Below are positions 28,027 to 38,760 of a stretch of DNA of 64,000 bases, in pieces. Origin of the DNA: an uncultured Gemmatimonadaceae bacterium (GTDB lineage Bacteria > Gemmatimonadota > Gemmatimonadetes > Gemmatimonadales > Gemmatimonadaceae); assembly GCA_964474535.1 (NCBI GenBank), contig CAYYSP010000003.1, positions 134,999 through 198,998 of the forward strand, written 5' to 3'. The position numbers and the translations under genes are program-made. Every line of letters starts with the position of its first letter. Positions within the stretch are counted from its first letter, which is position 1. Below the pieces are notes generated by a model. That model was not told the origin of the DNA, searched no databases, and saw only the letters and a list, made by a program, of their open reading frames with translations.

Positions 28027-29447
28027 TGTCGAGATTGTACATAGTATTGGGCGTTCTTTTAGTAGCCGCAGGTTGTGAGGGAGCAAACCCAACGCCGTCC
28101 GCAGCGCAAACCAGCCAGGCACCGCCGCCAGCAAGCCAGCTACCACCGCCGGTTCAGTCGGTCGCTGAGTCACGCAGAACAGCTATTACAACAGCCGCCG
28201 AACGCGTCGCGCCCGCTGTTGTAACTGTTCAAACGGAAACGGTTCAAACAGGCGTACCAGTCGACTTTTTTGAGTATTTCTCAGGACGCGGAAGTGGACA
28301 ACGCAGAAGCGCAGGCATTGGATCTGGCTTCGTTGTACGCTCAGACGGTGTTATTGTCACCAACGCGCACGTTGTAGGTGGCGCCACTGCTGTAAGTGTT
28401 GCGATGCGTGACGGAACTACATACTCGGCGAAAATTGTCGGTGTAGACGAAGCCAACGACTTAGCAGTTTTAAAAATTGAAGCTGTCAACCTACCGGTCG
28501 CCCCACTCGGCACATCAACCAACCTCGTGGTTGGGGAATGGTCGATTGCCATTGGTAATCCTTACGGATTCGTGCTAGGAAATACCGAGCCGAGCGTTAG
28601 CGTTGGTGTGATAAGCGCCGTTGGTCGAAATTTGGCTGGGCGTCCCGATGGCGGCGGAGTGTTTGTGGATATGATACAGACAGACGCAGCAATTAATCCG
28701 GGTAACTCAGGTGGACCTCTGGTAAACGCATTGGGCGAAGTAATTGGTGTGAACAGCTCGATTTACTCGCCTACCGGTGGAAACATAGGTTTAGGCTTTG
28801 CGATCCCAATTGATCGCACAATGCGAATCGCAGAAGACCTACTTGAGCACGGCACTGTGCGCCAGTCGTGGGTGGGGGTGCGCTTAAATACACCCGACGC
28901 TCGCAACCTTCGCGAAGCAGCGAGCGCTGGCGCAATTGTCGAACGTATAGTGTCCGGATCGCCAGCAGAGCGCGCGGGAATTCGTGCAGGTGACCAGATA
29001 GTTCAGGCAGGTGGACGCACAGTTCGGAACACATTCGACTGGGAAGCGCGCCTTTTGGATGTGCGCGTTGGGCAGACACTTCCTGTTGTAGTACGTCGTG
29101 ATGGACGCGACGTATCTGTTACGCTGCAGGCCACTATTGCGCCTGAGTTTACGCAACCGCGAGTAACAGTTCTAAGTCAAATCGAACTCGTTACACTTAC
29201 AGCTGCTATACGCCAAGAGCGCGGCGTGTCGTCCGCTGCAGGTGCGTTAGTAATGAGAACAAGTGAACAGGTCACAGACAGGATCGGCTTACAAAGTGGT
29301 GACGTAATAGTTCAGGTTAACAACACTCGCGTTAATTCAGCAGAAGATGCTTCGCGCGCTATAGATGCAGCGGCTTCACGAGGAGCTGTTGTACTAACAT
29401 TCGAACGCGCGCGGCAACTTATGCAAACGCGTTTCTATCTCCGTTAA
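28023..29447 (+). CDS. HtrA/DegP-family serine protease lipoprotein with two PDZ domains
   Basis: Lipobox LLVAAGC, catalytic triad context TNAHVV / NDLAVLK / GNSGGPLV, then two PDZ-like regions (GAIVERIVSGSPAERAGIRAGD and GLQSGDVIVQVNN). Confidence 0.85.
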   Translation: MMSRLYIVLGVLLVAAGCEGANPTPSAAQTSQAPPPASQLPPPVQSVAESRRTAITTAAERVAPAVVTVQTETVQTGVPVDFFEYFSGRGSGQRRSAGIGSGFVVRSDGVIVTNAHVVGGATAVSVAMRDGTTYSAKIVGVDEANDLAVLKIEAVNLPVAPLGTSTNLVVGEWSIAIGNPYGFVLGNTEPSVSVGVISAVGRNLAGRPDGGGVFVDMIQTDAAINPGNSGGPLVNALGEVIGVNSSIYSPTGGNIGLGFAIPIDRTMRIAEDLLEHGTVRQSWVGVRLNTPDARNLREAASAGAIVERIVSGSPAERAGIRAGDQIVQAGGRTVRNTFDWEARLLDVRVGQTLPVVVRRDGRDVSVTLQATIAPEFTQPRVTVLSQIELVTLTAAIRQERGVSSAAGALVMRTSEQVTDRIGLQSGDVIVQVNNTRVNSAEDASRAIDAAASRGAVVLTFERARQLMQTRFYLR

Positions 29448-29453
29448 TAGTCG

Positions 29454-30950
29454 ATGACACACAGCAGTAACACAGAAACAGAAGGTACCATCGAAAGCTT
29501 CGAATCGCTTTTTTCTAAAAGTGGGCATACACCGTACACGTCCCCACTAGGGCAACGCTATGCGAGCACCGCTATGCTTAATTTGTGGGGTCCAGAGGCG
29601 CGCTACGGTTTATGGCGAAGACTTTGGATTGTACTAGCGGAGAATCAACGCAAGCTTGGCATCGACATACCGGAAACTGCCATCGGTGAGATGAGAGCCC
29701 AAGTTGATAACTTTAACTTTGCGGCAGTTGCTGATTACGAACGTCGTTTTCGACACGACGTAATGGCGCACGTTCACGCCTTTGGCGACGTCGCGCCTGC
29801 GGCTAAAGCATTTATTCATTTGGGTGCGACTAGCTGTTACGTAACAGACAACGCTGAGCTCATTCTTATGCGAGAAGGGCTCATTCTAATTCGAAACAAG
29901 CTGTTAGCTATACTCGATTCACTTTCCAAGTTTGCGTATGCATGGAAAGACTTGCCCGCGCTCGGCTACACACACTTGCAACCAGCTCAGCTAACAACAG
30001 TGGGCAAACGCGCAACTTTGTGGATGCAAGATTTGGTGTTAGACATTGAGGATATCGAACATCGAATCGCGACCCTTCCGTTTAGAGGAGTGAAGGGAAC
30101 AACTGGGACACAAGCCAGTTTCCTTACTCTATTTGAAGGTAATCATGCCAAAGTGAGAGAGTTGGATAGGCGTGTGGCCACAGCGATGGGTTTCGAACGG
30201 CTGATTCCAGTTACCGGTCAAACCTATTCGCGCAAGATTGACGCCCAAGTTTTGTCGGTCGTTGCTGGAGTTGCTGCGTCAGCATCCAAGTTTTCGGGCG
30301 ACATTCGCATGTTGCAATCATTTGGCGAAATAGAGGAGCCATTTGAGAAAGATCAGATAGGCTCATCTGCTATGGCTTACAAGCGCAACCCTATGCGTTC
30401 TGAGCGTATAGCAGCGCTTGCCCGCTTTGTTTTGTCGCTAGAACCCAATGCAAATCAAACGCATGCGGTTCAGTATTTTGAACGAACGCTCGACGATTCG
30501 GCAAACCGACGTTTATCCATACCAGAGTCGTTTCTTGCTACTGACGCGATACTTGTGCTAATGCAGAACATCGCTGGTGGATTAGAAGTGCACCCAGCGC
30601 GCATTCGCCGCCGTATTAACGACGAGCTTCCTTTCATGGCAACAGAGGAACTCATAGTTCGATTTGTGAAAGCTGGCGGCGATAGACAAGAGGCACATGA
30701 GATTATTCGTGGTCACAGTATTGCTGCAGCACGTGCGGTTAAAGACGGCGCTGAGAAGAACGATATGTTAGAGCGTTTAGCTGCCGACCCTGCGTTTACG
30801 GTATCATTACAAGACATACAGGCTGCGGCCGATCCGACGCGTTTCACTGGACGCGCGCCGGCGCAAGTCGAAGAGTTTATTAGCGAAGTTGTATCGCCTT
30901 TGCTTAGTACGCCCAGAGCTGCGGTTGAGCACGAAGAGGTACGCGTATGA
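29454..30950 (+). CDS. purB: Adenylosuccinate lyase (long form)
   Basis: [17 protein letters not shown] and [15 protein letters not shown] (signature loop), 498 aa. Confidence 0.9.
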   Translation: MTHSSNTETEGTIESFESLFSKSGHTPYTSPLGQRYASTAMLNLWGPEARYGLWRRLWIVLAENQRKLGIDIPETAIGEMRAQVDNFNFAAVADYERRFRHDVMAHVHAFGDVAPAAKAFIHLGATSCYVTDNAELILMREGLILIRNKLLAILDSLSKFAYAWKDLPALGYTHLQPAQLTTVGKRATLWMQDLVLDIEDIEHRIATLPFRGVKGTTGTQASFLTLFEGNHAKVRELDRRVATAMGFERLIPVTGQTYSRKIDAQVLSVVAGVAASASKFSGDIRMLQSFGEIEEPFEKDQIGSSAMAYKRNPMRSERIAALARFVLSLEPNANQTHAVQYFERTLDDSANRRLSIPESFLATDAILVLMQNIAGGLEVHPARIRRRINDELPFMATEELIVRFVKAGGDRQEAHEIIRGHSIAAARAVKDGAEKNDMLERLAADPAFTVSLQDIQAAADPTRFTGRAPAQVEEFISEVVSPLLSTPRAAVEHEEVRV

Positions 30951-31894
30951 CGGCATCGTTGCGTGAGACATCGTTGCCATTAGCGCTATTGCGACGTGGC
31001 AAGGTTCGCGATGTTTATGAAGTCGATACCGACAGACTGCTGTTGGTTACTACCGATCGCATCAGTGCCTTCGATGTGGTAATGAACGAGGCAATACCAT
31101 ACAAGGGAATCGTTTTAACACAGCTATCATCGTGGTGGTTCAAGCAGCTTGGAAGCATCGAAGGTGGCGCCGCAGTTAAGCATCACCTTATTAGCGCGGA
31201 CATTAACGAGATCGTATCGGAGTTACCCGCGCTTGCACCATACAAAGACATGCTCGCGGGGCGCACAATGTTGTGCATTCGCACAGAGGTTGTGCCAATA
31301 GAGTGCGTAATTCGCGGTTACATAACCGGGTCCGCCTGGAAAGAGTATAGTGCAACTGGCACACTAGCTGGCGAGCTACTCACTTCGGGGTTGCGCGAAA
31401 GCGAGAAGCTCAGGCCGGCAATTTTTAGTCCGGCAACAAAGGCTGAAACGGGACACGATGAGAACATCACAGTTGACACAGTTATTGCTCAAGTAGGAGA
31501 GGAGACAGCAGCAACGCTCGAGCGGCTCGCGCGCAAAGTGTACGACTTTGGATGTGCTCGCGCAGAACCACGAGGTATTATTGTCGCCGACACGAAGTTT
31601 GAGTTTGGTTGGCGCAACGGTGAGTTGTTGCTAATTGACGAAGTACTAACCCCAGACAGCTCGCGATTCTGGCCGGCGAACGTGTACGAGCCTGGCCGTA
31701 CTCAGCCAAGCTTTGACAAACAGCCACTACGTGACTGGTTGGAAGTTGAACGTAAGGCAGGTCGTTGGAACGGTGACGCGCCTCCTCCTACGTTGCCTGA
31801 AGAAGTTGTTAACGAGACTAGCACTCGCTACCAAGACGCATATCGCCGCATAACGGGCGAAGACCTTCCGTACATCAACTCCTACAACAGCTAA
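30947..31894 (+). CDS. purC: Phosphoribosylaminoimidazole-succinocarboxamide synthase
   Basis: [23 protein letters not shown] and [14 protein letters not shown] motifs. ATGA overlap with purB. Confidence 0.9.
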   Translation: MTASLRETSLPLALLRRGKVRDVYEVDTDRLLLVTTDRISAFDVVMNEAIPYKGIVLTQLSSWWFKQLGSIEGGAAVKHHLISADINEIVSELPALAPYKDMLAGRTMLCIRTEVVPIECVIRGYITGSAWKEYSATGTLAGELLTSGLRESEKLRPAIFSPATKAETGHDENITVDTVIAQVGEETAATLERLARKVYDFGCARAEPRGIIVADTKFEFGWRNGELLLIDEVLTPDSSRFWPANVYEPGRTQPSFDKQPLRDWLEVERKAGRWNGDAPPPTLPEEVVNETSTRYQDAYRRITGEDLPYINSYNS

Positions 31895-32544
31895 TGTTTG
31901 CGCGTGAAGGTTACCCGTTCATGTTTGGCGCGGCCGCGCTAGCTGCCCTTGTTTTCGTTTTGGCACTTAAGCTTAGGTCGTGGCCGTTATGGCTGCTTGC
32001 CTTCACGTTAACAATCGTGGCCCTATGGGTGGCTTGGTTTTTTCGTGATCCGCTTCGCGCAGGTGAGCGCGGTGACAATATCGCGATATCGCCAGCAGAC
32101 GGACGCGTCGTTCTTATTACAAACATTCACGAGCCAACTTTTGTAAACGGCAATACACAGCGTGTATCCGTTTTTATGAACGTGTTTGATGTTCACGTTA
32201 ACAGATATCCTGTTAACGGAGCTGTGCAGCATGTTGTACACAAAGCTGGTAAGTTTTTGAACGCCGTTACAGAAGAATCGAGCACCGATAACGAGCAATC
32301 GTCGGTTGGAATTGACACCGGCAAACACAGGATCCTTGTAAGGCAGATAGCAGGCTTAATAGCCCGTCGCATTATTACCGACAGCGCTATTGGTGACAAC
32401 GCTAAACAAGGCGAACGTATGGGGCTTATTCGCTTCGGTTCACGCGTCGACATTTTTCTGCCTCCCGATGCGCAGTTACATGTAACAATAGGTGAGCGCG
32501 TGAAAGCTGGCCAAACCGTACTGGCTACACTTCCGCTATCGTGA
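31894..32544 (+). CDS. psd: Phosphatidylserine decarboxylase family proenzyme (short form)
   Basis: N-terminal TM helices, VNRYPVNG, and the self-cleavage context GLIRFGSRVDIFLP (G-S). 216 aa. Confidence 0.8.
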   Translation: MFAREGYPFMFGAAALAALVFVLALKLRSWPLWLLAFTLTIVALWVAWFFRDPLRAGERGDNIAISPADGRVVLITNIHEPTFVNGNTQRVSVFMNVFDVHVNRYPVNGAVQHVVHKAGKFLNAVTEESSTDNEQSSVGIDTGKHRILVRQIAGLIARRIITDSAIGDNAKQGERMGLIRFGSRVDIFLPPDAQLHVTIGERVKAGQTVLATLPLS

Positions 32545-33482
32545 ACAACGATCACTCGCCGCGGAGACGTTTGCGCCCACAGTCTGCGGTGCTCGCCCTT
32601 CCCAATGGTTTCACGCTAGCGAACCTGTTCTTTGGGATATTTGCTATAGTTGCAGCTGCGCGAGGCGAGCCAGATGCTGCAGCACGTTATATCGTGTTTG
32701 GTGCTATCGCAGATATGCTTGACGGGCGTATAGCACGAGCAACAAAGTCTGGGAGCAAGTTTGGATCCGAGCTAGACTCGCTTGTAGACGCGATATCTTT
32801 TGGTACTGCTCCAGCCCTTATCATGTACTTTGTTGTCTTTAATCGTACAGGATGGGATTGGATATTTTGCTTCTTGTTCACCGCCTGTGCCGTTATTCGT
32901 TTGGCACGTTTCAACGTTGAGCAAGCCGGCAAAGCAAAGACACATTTCACGGGGCTACCAAGTCCTGCTGCAGGTATGACGTTGGCTACGTACTATTGGT
33001 TTAGCCAAACGTCGTTGTACACCGAAACGATGATTGCCGACCTGCCTTGGCACCAAATGCTGCGTTTTGTAATGCTAGGGCTAGGCATGCTTATGATAAG
33101 CAACGTCCAGTATGCCGCTGTACCTACCGTTGGTTTTCGATCGGTGCGTGGTGTTTTAGGAACGCTATTAGTAATTGGTACCATTGCAGGGGTGATTTTC
33201 TTACCCAAAGAGTTCTTCTTCCCTGCTCTTATGTCATACGTGCTGTTTGGTATTGTTAGAACCGTTTTTCTAGGGCTGTTAGAGCGATTACCGTCGCGCG
33301 ATGACGATATCGATCATGACATAGACGATGATGGTTCTCACGATATTGATAACGATGGCTATGCGCGCGCGTCGACGGCTGCTGCAGGTGCCGCTGTCGC
33401 TTCGCGTCGTCGTAGGAAACGAAGACGCAACACATCAAACGATCCCGGTAAAAACCCCGACCGAAGGAAGAACATAGAATGA
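32541..33482 (+). CDS. pssA: CDP-diacylglycerol--serine O-phosphatidyltransferase with a charged C-terminal tail
   Basis: CDP-alcohol phosphatidyltransferase motif DGRIARATKSGSKFGSELDSLVDAISFG, multiple TM helices and a 64-aa acidic-then-basic tail. Confidence 0.85.
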   Translation: MNNDHSPRRRLRPQSAVLALPNGFTLANLFFGIFAIVAAARGEPDAAARYIVFGAIADMLDGRIARATKSGSKFGSELDSLVDAISFGTAPALIMYFVVFNRTGWDWIFCFLFTACAVIRLARFNVEQAGKAKTHFTGLPSPAAGMTLATYYWFSQTSLYTETMIADLPWHQMLRFVMLGLGMLMISNVQYAAVPTVGFRSVRGVLGTLLVIGTIAGVIFLPKEFFFPALMSYVLFGIVRTVFLGLLERLPSRDDDIDHDIDDDGSHDIDNDGYARASTAAAGAAVASRRRRKRRRNTSNDPGKNPDRRKNIE

Positions 33483-33736
33483 GTCGCTACCGCCTAGCTG
33501 TTCACATCGTCCCGCGACGTGGCATACTTGACCCGCAGGGCACCGCTGTTGCTCATGCATTGCATTCGTTGGGTTTCGCAAACGTAGGAGACGTACGTGT
33601 AGGGCGACACATTGTACTCGACATAGAAGCAGCGACAGCCGATGATGCGCGCGCGGCAGCGCGTTCTATGTGCGAGAAGCTGTTAGCAAATCCCGTTACT
33701 GAAGATTTTGAGATCGCATCCGTGGAGGCGCTGTGA
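33479..33736 (+). CDS. purS: FGAM synthase subunit PurS
   Basis: 85-aa ORF in the purS position ahead of purQ and purL. GILDPQG and NPVTEDFEI patterns. Confidence 0.85.
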   Translation: MSRYRLAVHIVPRRGILDPQGTAVAHALHSLGFANVGDVRVGRHIVLDIEAATADDARAAARSMCEKLLANPVTEDFEIASVEAL

Positions 33737-34434
33737 GAATTGGCGTAGTCCAGTTCCCTGGCTCTAACTGCGACGAAGACGCGTTTCGTGCAGCTCGCAT
33801 TATGGGTCAGGACGCCACGTACTTATGGCACAAAGATCACGACCTTAAGGGCAGTGATATTGTCATTCTTCCGGGCGGATTCAGTTACGGCGATTACTTA
33901 CGCGCAGGCGCTATCGCTCGATTCAGCCCGATTATGCAAGAAGTAGTTGCACACGCACGACGGGGCGGTCCTGTTTTAGCCATATGCAACGGTTTTCAAA
34001 TTGCGTGTGAGGCTGGCCTTTTGCCGGGTGCGTTGCTGCGCAATACATCGTTGCGTTTCATAAGTGCTCCCGTACACCTGCGAGTTGAAACAATCGCTAC
34101 ACGATTCACATCGCAGTACCACATTCACCAACTTCTTACGGTTCCAGTTGCGCATGGCGACGGTCGTTACACTGCCGACGCAGATGTCCTTGAACAGCTA
34201 GAAGGAAACGGTCAAGTTGTTTTCCGCTACGTTGACGAACATGGTGTCGCAGCTGAGAGTGCAAATCCAAACGGCTCGCTGCGAAACATCGCAGGAATCA
34301 TCAACTCACAGGGTAACGTGCTAGGAATGATGCCCCATCCTGAGCGCGCTATGGAAAGCGTACTTGGCTCTACCGACGGAATACCTCTTTTTGCTTCGCT
34401 AATAGAATCTATGGCGGCGGAGGTAGGAGCATGA
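33733..34434 (+). CDS. purQ: FGAM synthase glutaminase subunit PurQ
   Basis: [10 protein letters not shown], catalytic ICNGFQ and MPHPER motifs. Confidence 0.9.
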   Translation: MRIGVVQFPGSNCDEDAFRAARIMGQDATYLWHKDHDLKGSDIVILPGGFSYGDYLRAGAIARFSPIMQEVVAHARRGGPVLAICNGFQIACEAGLLPGALLRNTSLRFISAPVHLRVETIATRFTSQYHIHQLLTVPVAHGDGRYTADADVLEQLEGNGQVVFRYVDEHGVAAESANPNGSLRNIAGIINSQGNVLGMMPHPERAMESVLGSTDGIPLFASLIESMAAEVGA

Positions 34435-36755
34435 GCAACATCAACAATAGCAGCGTTGAGCCGCGTCATGGCGATCCGGAGATTACTCCGCAGCTTGTAG
34501 CCGAACATGGCATTACTGAGTTTGAGTTCGAGCGCGTTAAAAGCATGCTTGGGAGAACACCAACTCACACAGAGATTGGAATCGTAAGCGCTCTATGGAG
34601 CGAGCATTGTTCGTATAAGCACTCGCGTCCATTGCTCAAAACTCTTCCAACTCGCGCCGACTGGGTGCTACAAGGGCCGGGCGAGAACGCAGGTGTCATT
34701 TCAGTAGGAGATGGACTCGCAGTTGCGTTTAAGGTTGAGTCGCACAACCATCCGTCGGCTGTTGAACCTTACCAAGGTGCTGCAACAGGCGTTGGTGGAA
34801 TACTGCGTGACGTATTTACAATGGGAGCTCGCCCAATAGCACTTCTTAACTCACTGCGCTTTGGTCCGCTAACTTCACCTCGAGTTAGATGGCTATTTGC
34901 GGGTGTGGTAAAGGGTATCGGCGACTATGGCAACTGCGTTGGTGTTCCTACAGTTGGTGGCGAAGTGGTGTTCGATCCATCGTACGAAGGGAATCCGTTG
35001 GTTAACGCGATGTGCGTTGGCATTATGCGCGAAGACGAACTAATGCGCGCAGTTGCTGCAGGTGTTGGAAATCCAATCATGGCAGTTGGTGCGCGTACAG
35101 GCCGTGACGGCATTCATGGAGCATCGTTCGCTTCAGAGGATCTTTCTGAAGAGAGCGAAGCAAAACGTCCTATGGTGCAAGTTGGTGATCCATTCACTGA
35201 GAAGTTGTTGCTAGAGGCGTCACTTGAGTTAATTCGCAGCGGTCATATCGTAGCAATCCAAGATATGGGCGCGGCTGGGCTTACGTCTTCGTCTGCAGAA
35301 ATGGCGGAGCGTGGTGATGTTGGTGTTACCATCGACGTTACCAAAGTACCTGTTCGCGAAGAGGGGATGACGCCGTACGAGATACTGCTATCTGAATCGC
35401 AAGAGCGCATGCTAGTTGTTGCAAAGCGTGGGCATGAGAACGAAGTACGCGCAATTCTGTCGCGATGGGACTTAGAAGCCGCCGTTATCGGTGAAGTTAT
35501 TGCAGAGCCTGTTTATAGGGTAACCGAGGGCAGCAAGGTAGTTGCTGAGTTTCCTGGATCGCGCTTAGTAACCGAGTGTCCGCAGTACACTATAGAAGCA
35601 GAAGAAAGTGTGGCATTGCGCGATGCACGAAATACCGATCCGCATAAAGTTGCAGAGTTGCCAGAAGAAAGTGATCCTGCTTGGACGTTGGAGAAACTTT
35701 TGTCTTCGCCAACAATTGCAAGTAAGGCGTGGGTTTGGCGTCAGTACGACTCGACCGTTCGCACAAGCACAGTAGTTGGGCCCGGCTCTGATGCGGCTGT
35801 TGTTAGATTGCCAGATACGAACAAGGCAATTGCTTTGTGTATAGACGGCAACGGGCGTCATGTCGCGCTTAATCCGCGTAACGGTGGCAAAGCTGCGGTG
35901 TGTGAAGCGGCGCGTAACGTTGCTTGCTCAGGTGCGCGTCCTAAAGCCATTACCAACAACCTCAACTTTGGTAACCCTAAGAAGCCTGAGGTGTATTTCC
36001 AGTTACGTGAGTCAATTGCTGGAATGGGTGAGGCCTGCAACGCACTTGAAACGCCTGTTACAGGAGGCAACGTGTCGTTGTACAACGAGAACCCAATGGG
36101 AGCAATTCATCCAACACCTACAATCGGCATGGTAGGAGTTATTGAGTCGCTCTCGCACGTAACGCCTTCCTGCTTTCAGCAGGAAGGAGACACAATTGTA
36201 CTACTTGGCGAACCAACCAACGAGCTGGGCGCAAGCGAGTATTTGCTTCACATACATGGCCTAGCAATTGGTGAGCCGCCTGAGTGTGACGTTGCTAAAG
36301 AGCGTTCGCTTATTGATGCGCTACTCTCCATGATTCAGGCCGGACACATTCGGTCGGCGCACGACTGTAGTGACGGCGGGCTAGCTGTTGCGCTCGCAGA
36401 GTGTGCTATTCTTAACAAAAGCAATCAGCACGGCTTTAACGTAAAGTTATCGCGCTGGTCGCAGCTCGCTAAGCGTGCGCTTCTGTTTGGTGAAGCACAC
36501 GGCCGAGTTATTGTTACAACGCGCGATAGTTCCGCAATTGAAAAGATTGCGGCGCAGCATAACGTTCCAGCGCATGTAATTGGAACAGTAACATCACCTA
36601 ACTCTAGAGCTCATTTCGACGTAGGTGACTACTCATTCGACATTTATGTGCAACAAATGGCGCGGGCGTTCCATGAAGCCATTCCTAGCATCATGGATGG
36701 TAACGCCCCTGCAGGCGGCAGCATAGCGTCTGCGAGCGAACCACTTAACAGCTGA
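34431..36755 (+). CDS. purL: FGAM synthase subunit PurL
   Basis: [17 protein letters not shown] and QDMGAAGL motifs, 774 aa. Confidence 0.95.
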   Translation: MSNINNSSVEPRHGDPEITPQLVAEHGITEFEFERVKSMLGRTPTHTEIGIVSALWSEHCSYKHSRPLLKTLPTRADWVLQGPGENAGVISVGDGLAVAFKVESHNHPSAVEPYQGAATGVGGILRDVFTMGARPIALLNSLRFGPLTSPRVRWLFAGVVKGIGDYGNCVGVPTVGGEVVFDPSYEGNPLVNAMCVGIMREDELMRAVAAGVGNPIMAVGARTGRDGIHGASFASEDLSEESEAKRPMVQVGDPFTEKLLLEASLELIRSGHIVAIQDMGAAGLTSSSAEMAERGDVGVTIDVTKVPVREEGMTPYEILLSESQERMLVVAKRGHENEVRAILSRWDLEAAVIGEVIAEPVYRVTEGSKVVAEFPGSRLVTECPQYTIEAEESVALRDARNTDPHKVAELPEESDPAWTLEKLLSSPTIASKAWVWRQYDSTVRTSTVVGPGSDAAVVRLPDTNKAIALCIDGNGRHVALNPRNGGKAAVCEAARNVACSGARPKAITNNLNFGNPKKPEVYFQLRESIAGMGEACNALETPVTGGNVSLYNENPMGAIHPTPTIGMVGVIESLSHVTPSCFQQEGDTIVLLGEPTNELGASEYLLHIHGLAIGEPPECDVAKERSLIDALLSMIQAGHIRSAHDCSDGGLAVALAECAILNKSNQHGFNVKLSRWSQLAKRALLFGEAHGRVIVTTRDSSAIEKIAAQHNVPAHVIGTVTSPNSRAHFDVGDYSFDIYVQQMARAFHEAIPSIMDGNAPAGGSIASASEPLNS

Positions 36756-36771
36756 CCGGGAGTTTCCCGTC

Positions 36772-38151
36772 ATGTGCGGCATATTCGGAGTTTACGGCCA
36801 CAACAACGCAGCGGCACTAACGCAGCTTGGTCTCTATTCATTACAGCATAGAGGTCAAGAGTCTGCTGGTATAGTTGCTGTTGACGAACGTGGCTTAGCG
36901 CGCGCCAGTCGAGCGATGGGGCTTGTATCAGAAGCCTTTAGCGACAGCGGCATGAGCAAGCTTAAAGGTGCAATAGCGATCGGCCACACCCGCTATAGCA
37001 CCGCCGGTTCATCTGCAATTGAGAACGCGCAGCCTATTTTGGCGCGCGTTCGTACAGGTCACATTTCGCTCGCACACAACGGTAATCTTACAAACGCTGT
37101 TGAGTTGAAGCGCGAGCTAGAAGAAGAAGGCGCAATTTTCAATAGCACGATGGATTCGGAGATCATCGTTCATAGGATAGCGCGTGCAACCGGAGACACA
37201 CCAGAAGAGCGAGTTGCTAGCGCACTTAACGGAGTGGAAGGTGCATACTGTCTTATTGTACTCATCGACGAAACACTTGTTGTTGCGCGCGATCCGCTAG
37301 GTCTACGTCCACTGGTTGTTGGTAAGTTAGGCGACGGTTGGGTATTTGCTTCCGAGTCATGTGCACTTGATATAGTTGGCGCTACGCTAGAACGCGAAGT
37401 TCAACCTGGCGAGATTGTTTCGCTTGATGCACGAGGTTTACGTAGCTGCAACTTGCTGCCCCCTGCACCGCTACACCGTTGTGTATTTGAGCACGTGTAC
37501 TTCGCGCGTCCAGACAGCACCATTTTTAGTGGTAGCGTGAACGAGTCGCGGCGCCGACTAGGTAAACAGTTGGCAATAGAGCAACCTGCACCAACCGCAG
37601 AGATGGTTTTTTCGGTGCCGGATTCATCTAACTCTGCTGCATTGGGTTACGCAGAAGAGTCTGGTTTGCCATTTGAGCTTGCTCTTATACGTAACCACTA
37701 CATTGGGCGCACCTTTATTCAGCCTACACAAGAAGGGCGCGACGCTAAAGTGAAGGTTAAGTACAACCCAGTTCGCGAACTGTTGGCAGGTAAAAGCGTT
37801 GTTATGGTAGACGACTCCATCGTACGTGGAACCACCACACGTGGACTAGTTGCTTTAGTACGTGCAGCTGGCGCGCGTGAAGTGCATATGCGTGTGAGTA
37901 GCGCACCTATTATTAGCCCCTGCTATTACGGTATAGACACACCACGTCGTGAAGAGCTAATAGCTGCGACAATGAAGCACGACGAGATGGCGCGTCATCT
38001 GGGAGTAGACTCACTTGGCTACCTTTCCATTGACGGCATGTTGTCGGCAATGCCGAGTGGTCCTAGCGGATACTGCCACGCCTGTTTTTCGGGTAAGTAC
38101 CCAACGGAGGTCCCTGCTATGCCTGAACTACTTCGTGCTGGTGGCGTGTAG
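36772..38151 (+). CDS. purF: Amidophosphoribosyltransferase
   Basis: N-terminal MCGIFGV (Ntn Cys), HTRYSTAG, the PRPP loop VMVDDSIVRGTT and C-terminal Cys residues. Confidence 0.95.
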   Translation: MCGIFGVYGHNNAAALTQLGLYSLQHRGQESAGIVAVDERGLARASRAMGLVSEAFSDSGMSKLKGAIAIGHTRYSTAGSSAIENAQPILARVRTGHISLAHNGNLTNAVELKRELEEEGAIFNSTMDSEIIVHRIARATGDTPEERVASALNGVEGAYCLIVLIDETLVVARDPLGLRPLVVGKLGDGWVFASESCALDIVGATLEREVQPGEIVSLDARGLRSCNLLPPAPLHRCVFEHVYFARPDSTIFSGSVNESRRRLGKQLAIEQPAPTAEMVFSVPDSSNSAALGYAEESGLPFELALIRNHYIGRTFIQPTQEGRDAKVKVKYNPVRELLAGKSVVMVDDSIVRGTTTRGLVALVRAAGAREVHMRVSSAPIISPCYYGIDTPRREELIAATMKHDEMARHLGVDSLGYLSIDGMLSAMPSGPSGYCHACFSGKYPTEVPAMPELLRAGGV

Positions 38152-38295
38152 CGAGTGTTGCGTGGTTGGCAACCTACGTTACCGTAGTAGCGGTATCAGG
38201 TTGCGCAGTTCGTAAGAGTGTCGTCGGCTGGATAGTGCGTCTTTGCGGGCGCACTAATCTGTTGCAACCACCGGCCACTTTATAGCGGAGTAAAG

Positions 38296-38760
38296 ATGCA
38301 GGCACTCGTTAACTACGCAGCAGTAATTGCGCTTTCGGCAGGATTAGCTACAGCGGCCGGCGTGAGCGATGAAGTAGTAAATGCCGGTGAGACTATTGGT
38401 AATTCAAAGAGTGAAGCAGTCATTGGTAGTTCAAAGCGTTCACCGGTGAAACTAATTGAACAACGTCTAAAGGATTTGGTTGGCCAGCAAGAGAGCTGGT
38501 ATGTTAAGGAAGCGCGGTACGGTCGAGACGCGTACAAGATTGGAATGAACCGCCCTGGCGACAGCGTAGCGTTCGCCGAAGTTCAGGTAGAGATACTGTT
38601 TGCGAGCAAGCGCGGCTGGACAGCAATAGGCGCACACCCTGCAGCACCTGGCAAAACGTGCGTTGTATTTGTTGGGTTTAGAGATAAGCTGCCGGTGTTG
38701 CCGCGCACGCATGAGAGCGCGAAGGAAGCGATGTTGGAGGGGCGACCGGAGTGTGATTAG
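38296..38760 (+). CDS. Hypothetical exported protein (pilin-like globular part by eye)
   Basis: 154-aa ORF with a hydrophobic N-terminus AAVIALSAGLATAAG, then QQESWYVKEARYGRD and a C-terminal Cys pair (GKTCVVF...GRPECD). No family is recognised with confidence. Confidence 0.45.
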   Translation: MQALVNYAAVIALSAGLATAAGVSDEVVNAGETIGNSKSEAVIGSSKRSPVKLIEQRLKDLVGQQESWYVKEARYGRDAYKIGMNRPGDSVAFAEVQVEILFASKRGWTAIGAHPAAPGKTCVVFVGFRDKLPVLPRTHESAKEAMLEGRPECD

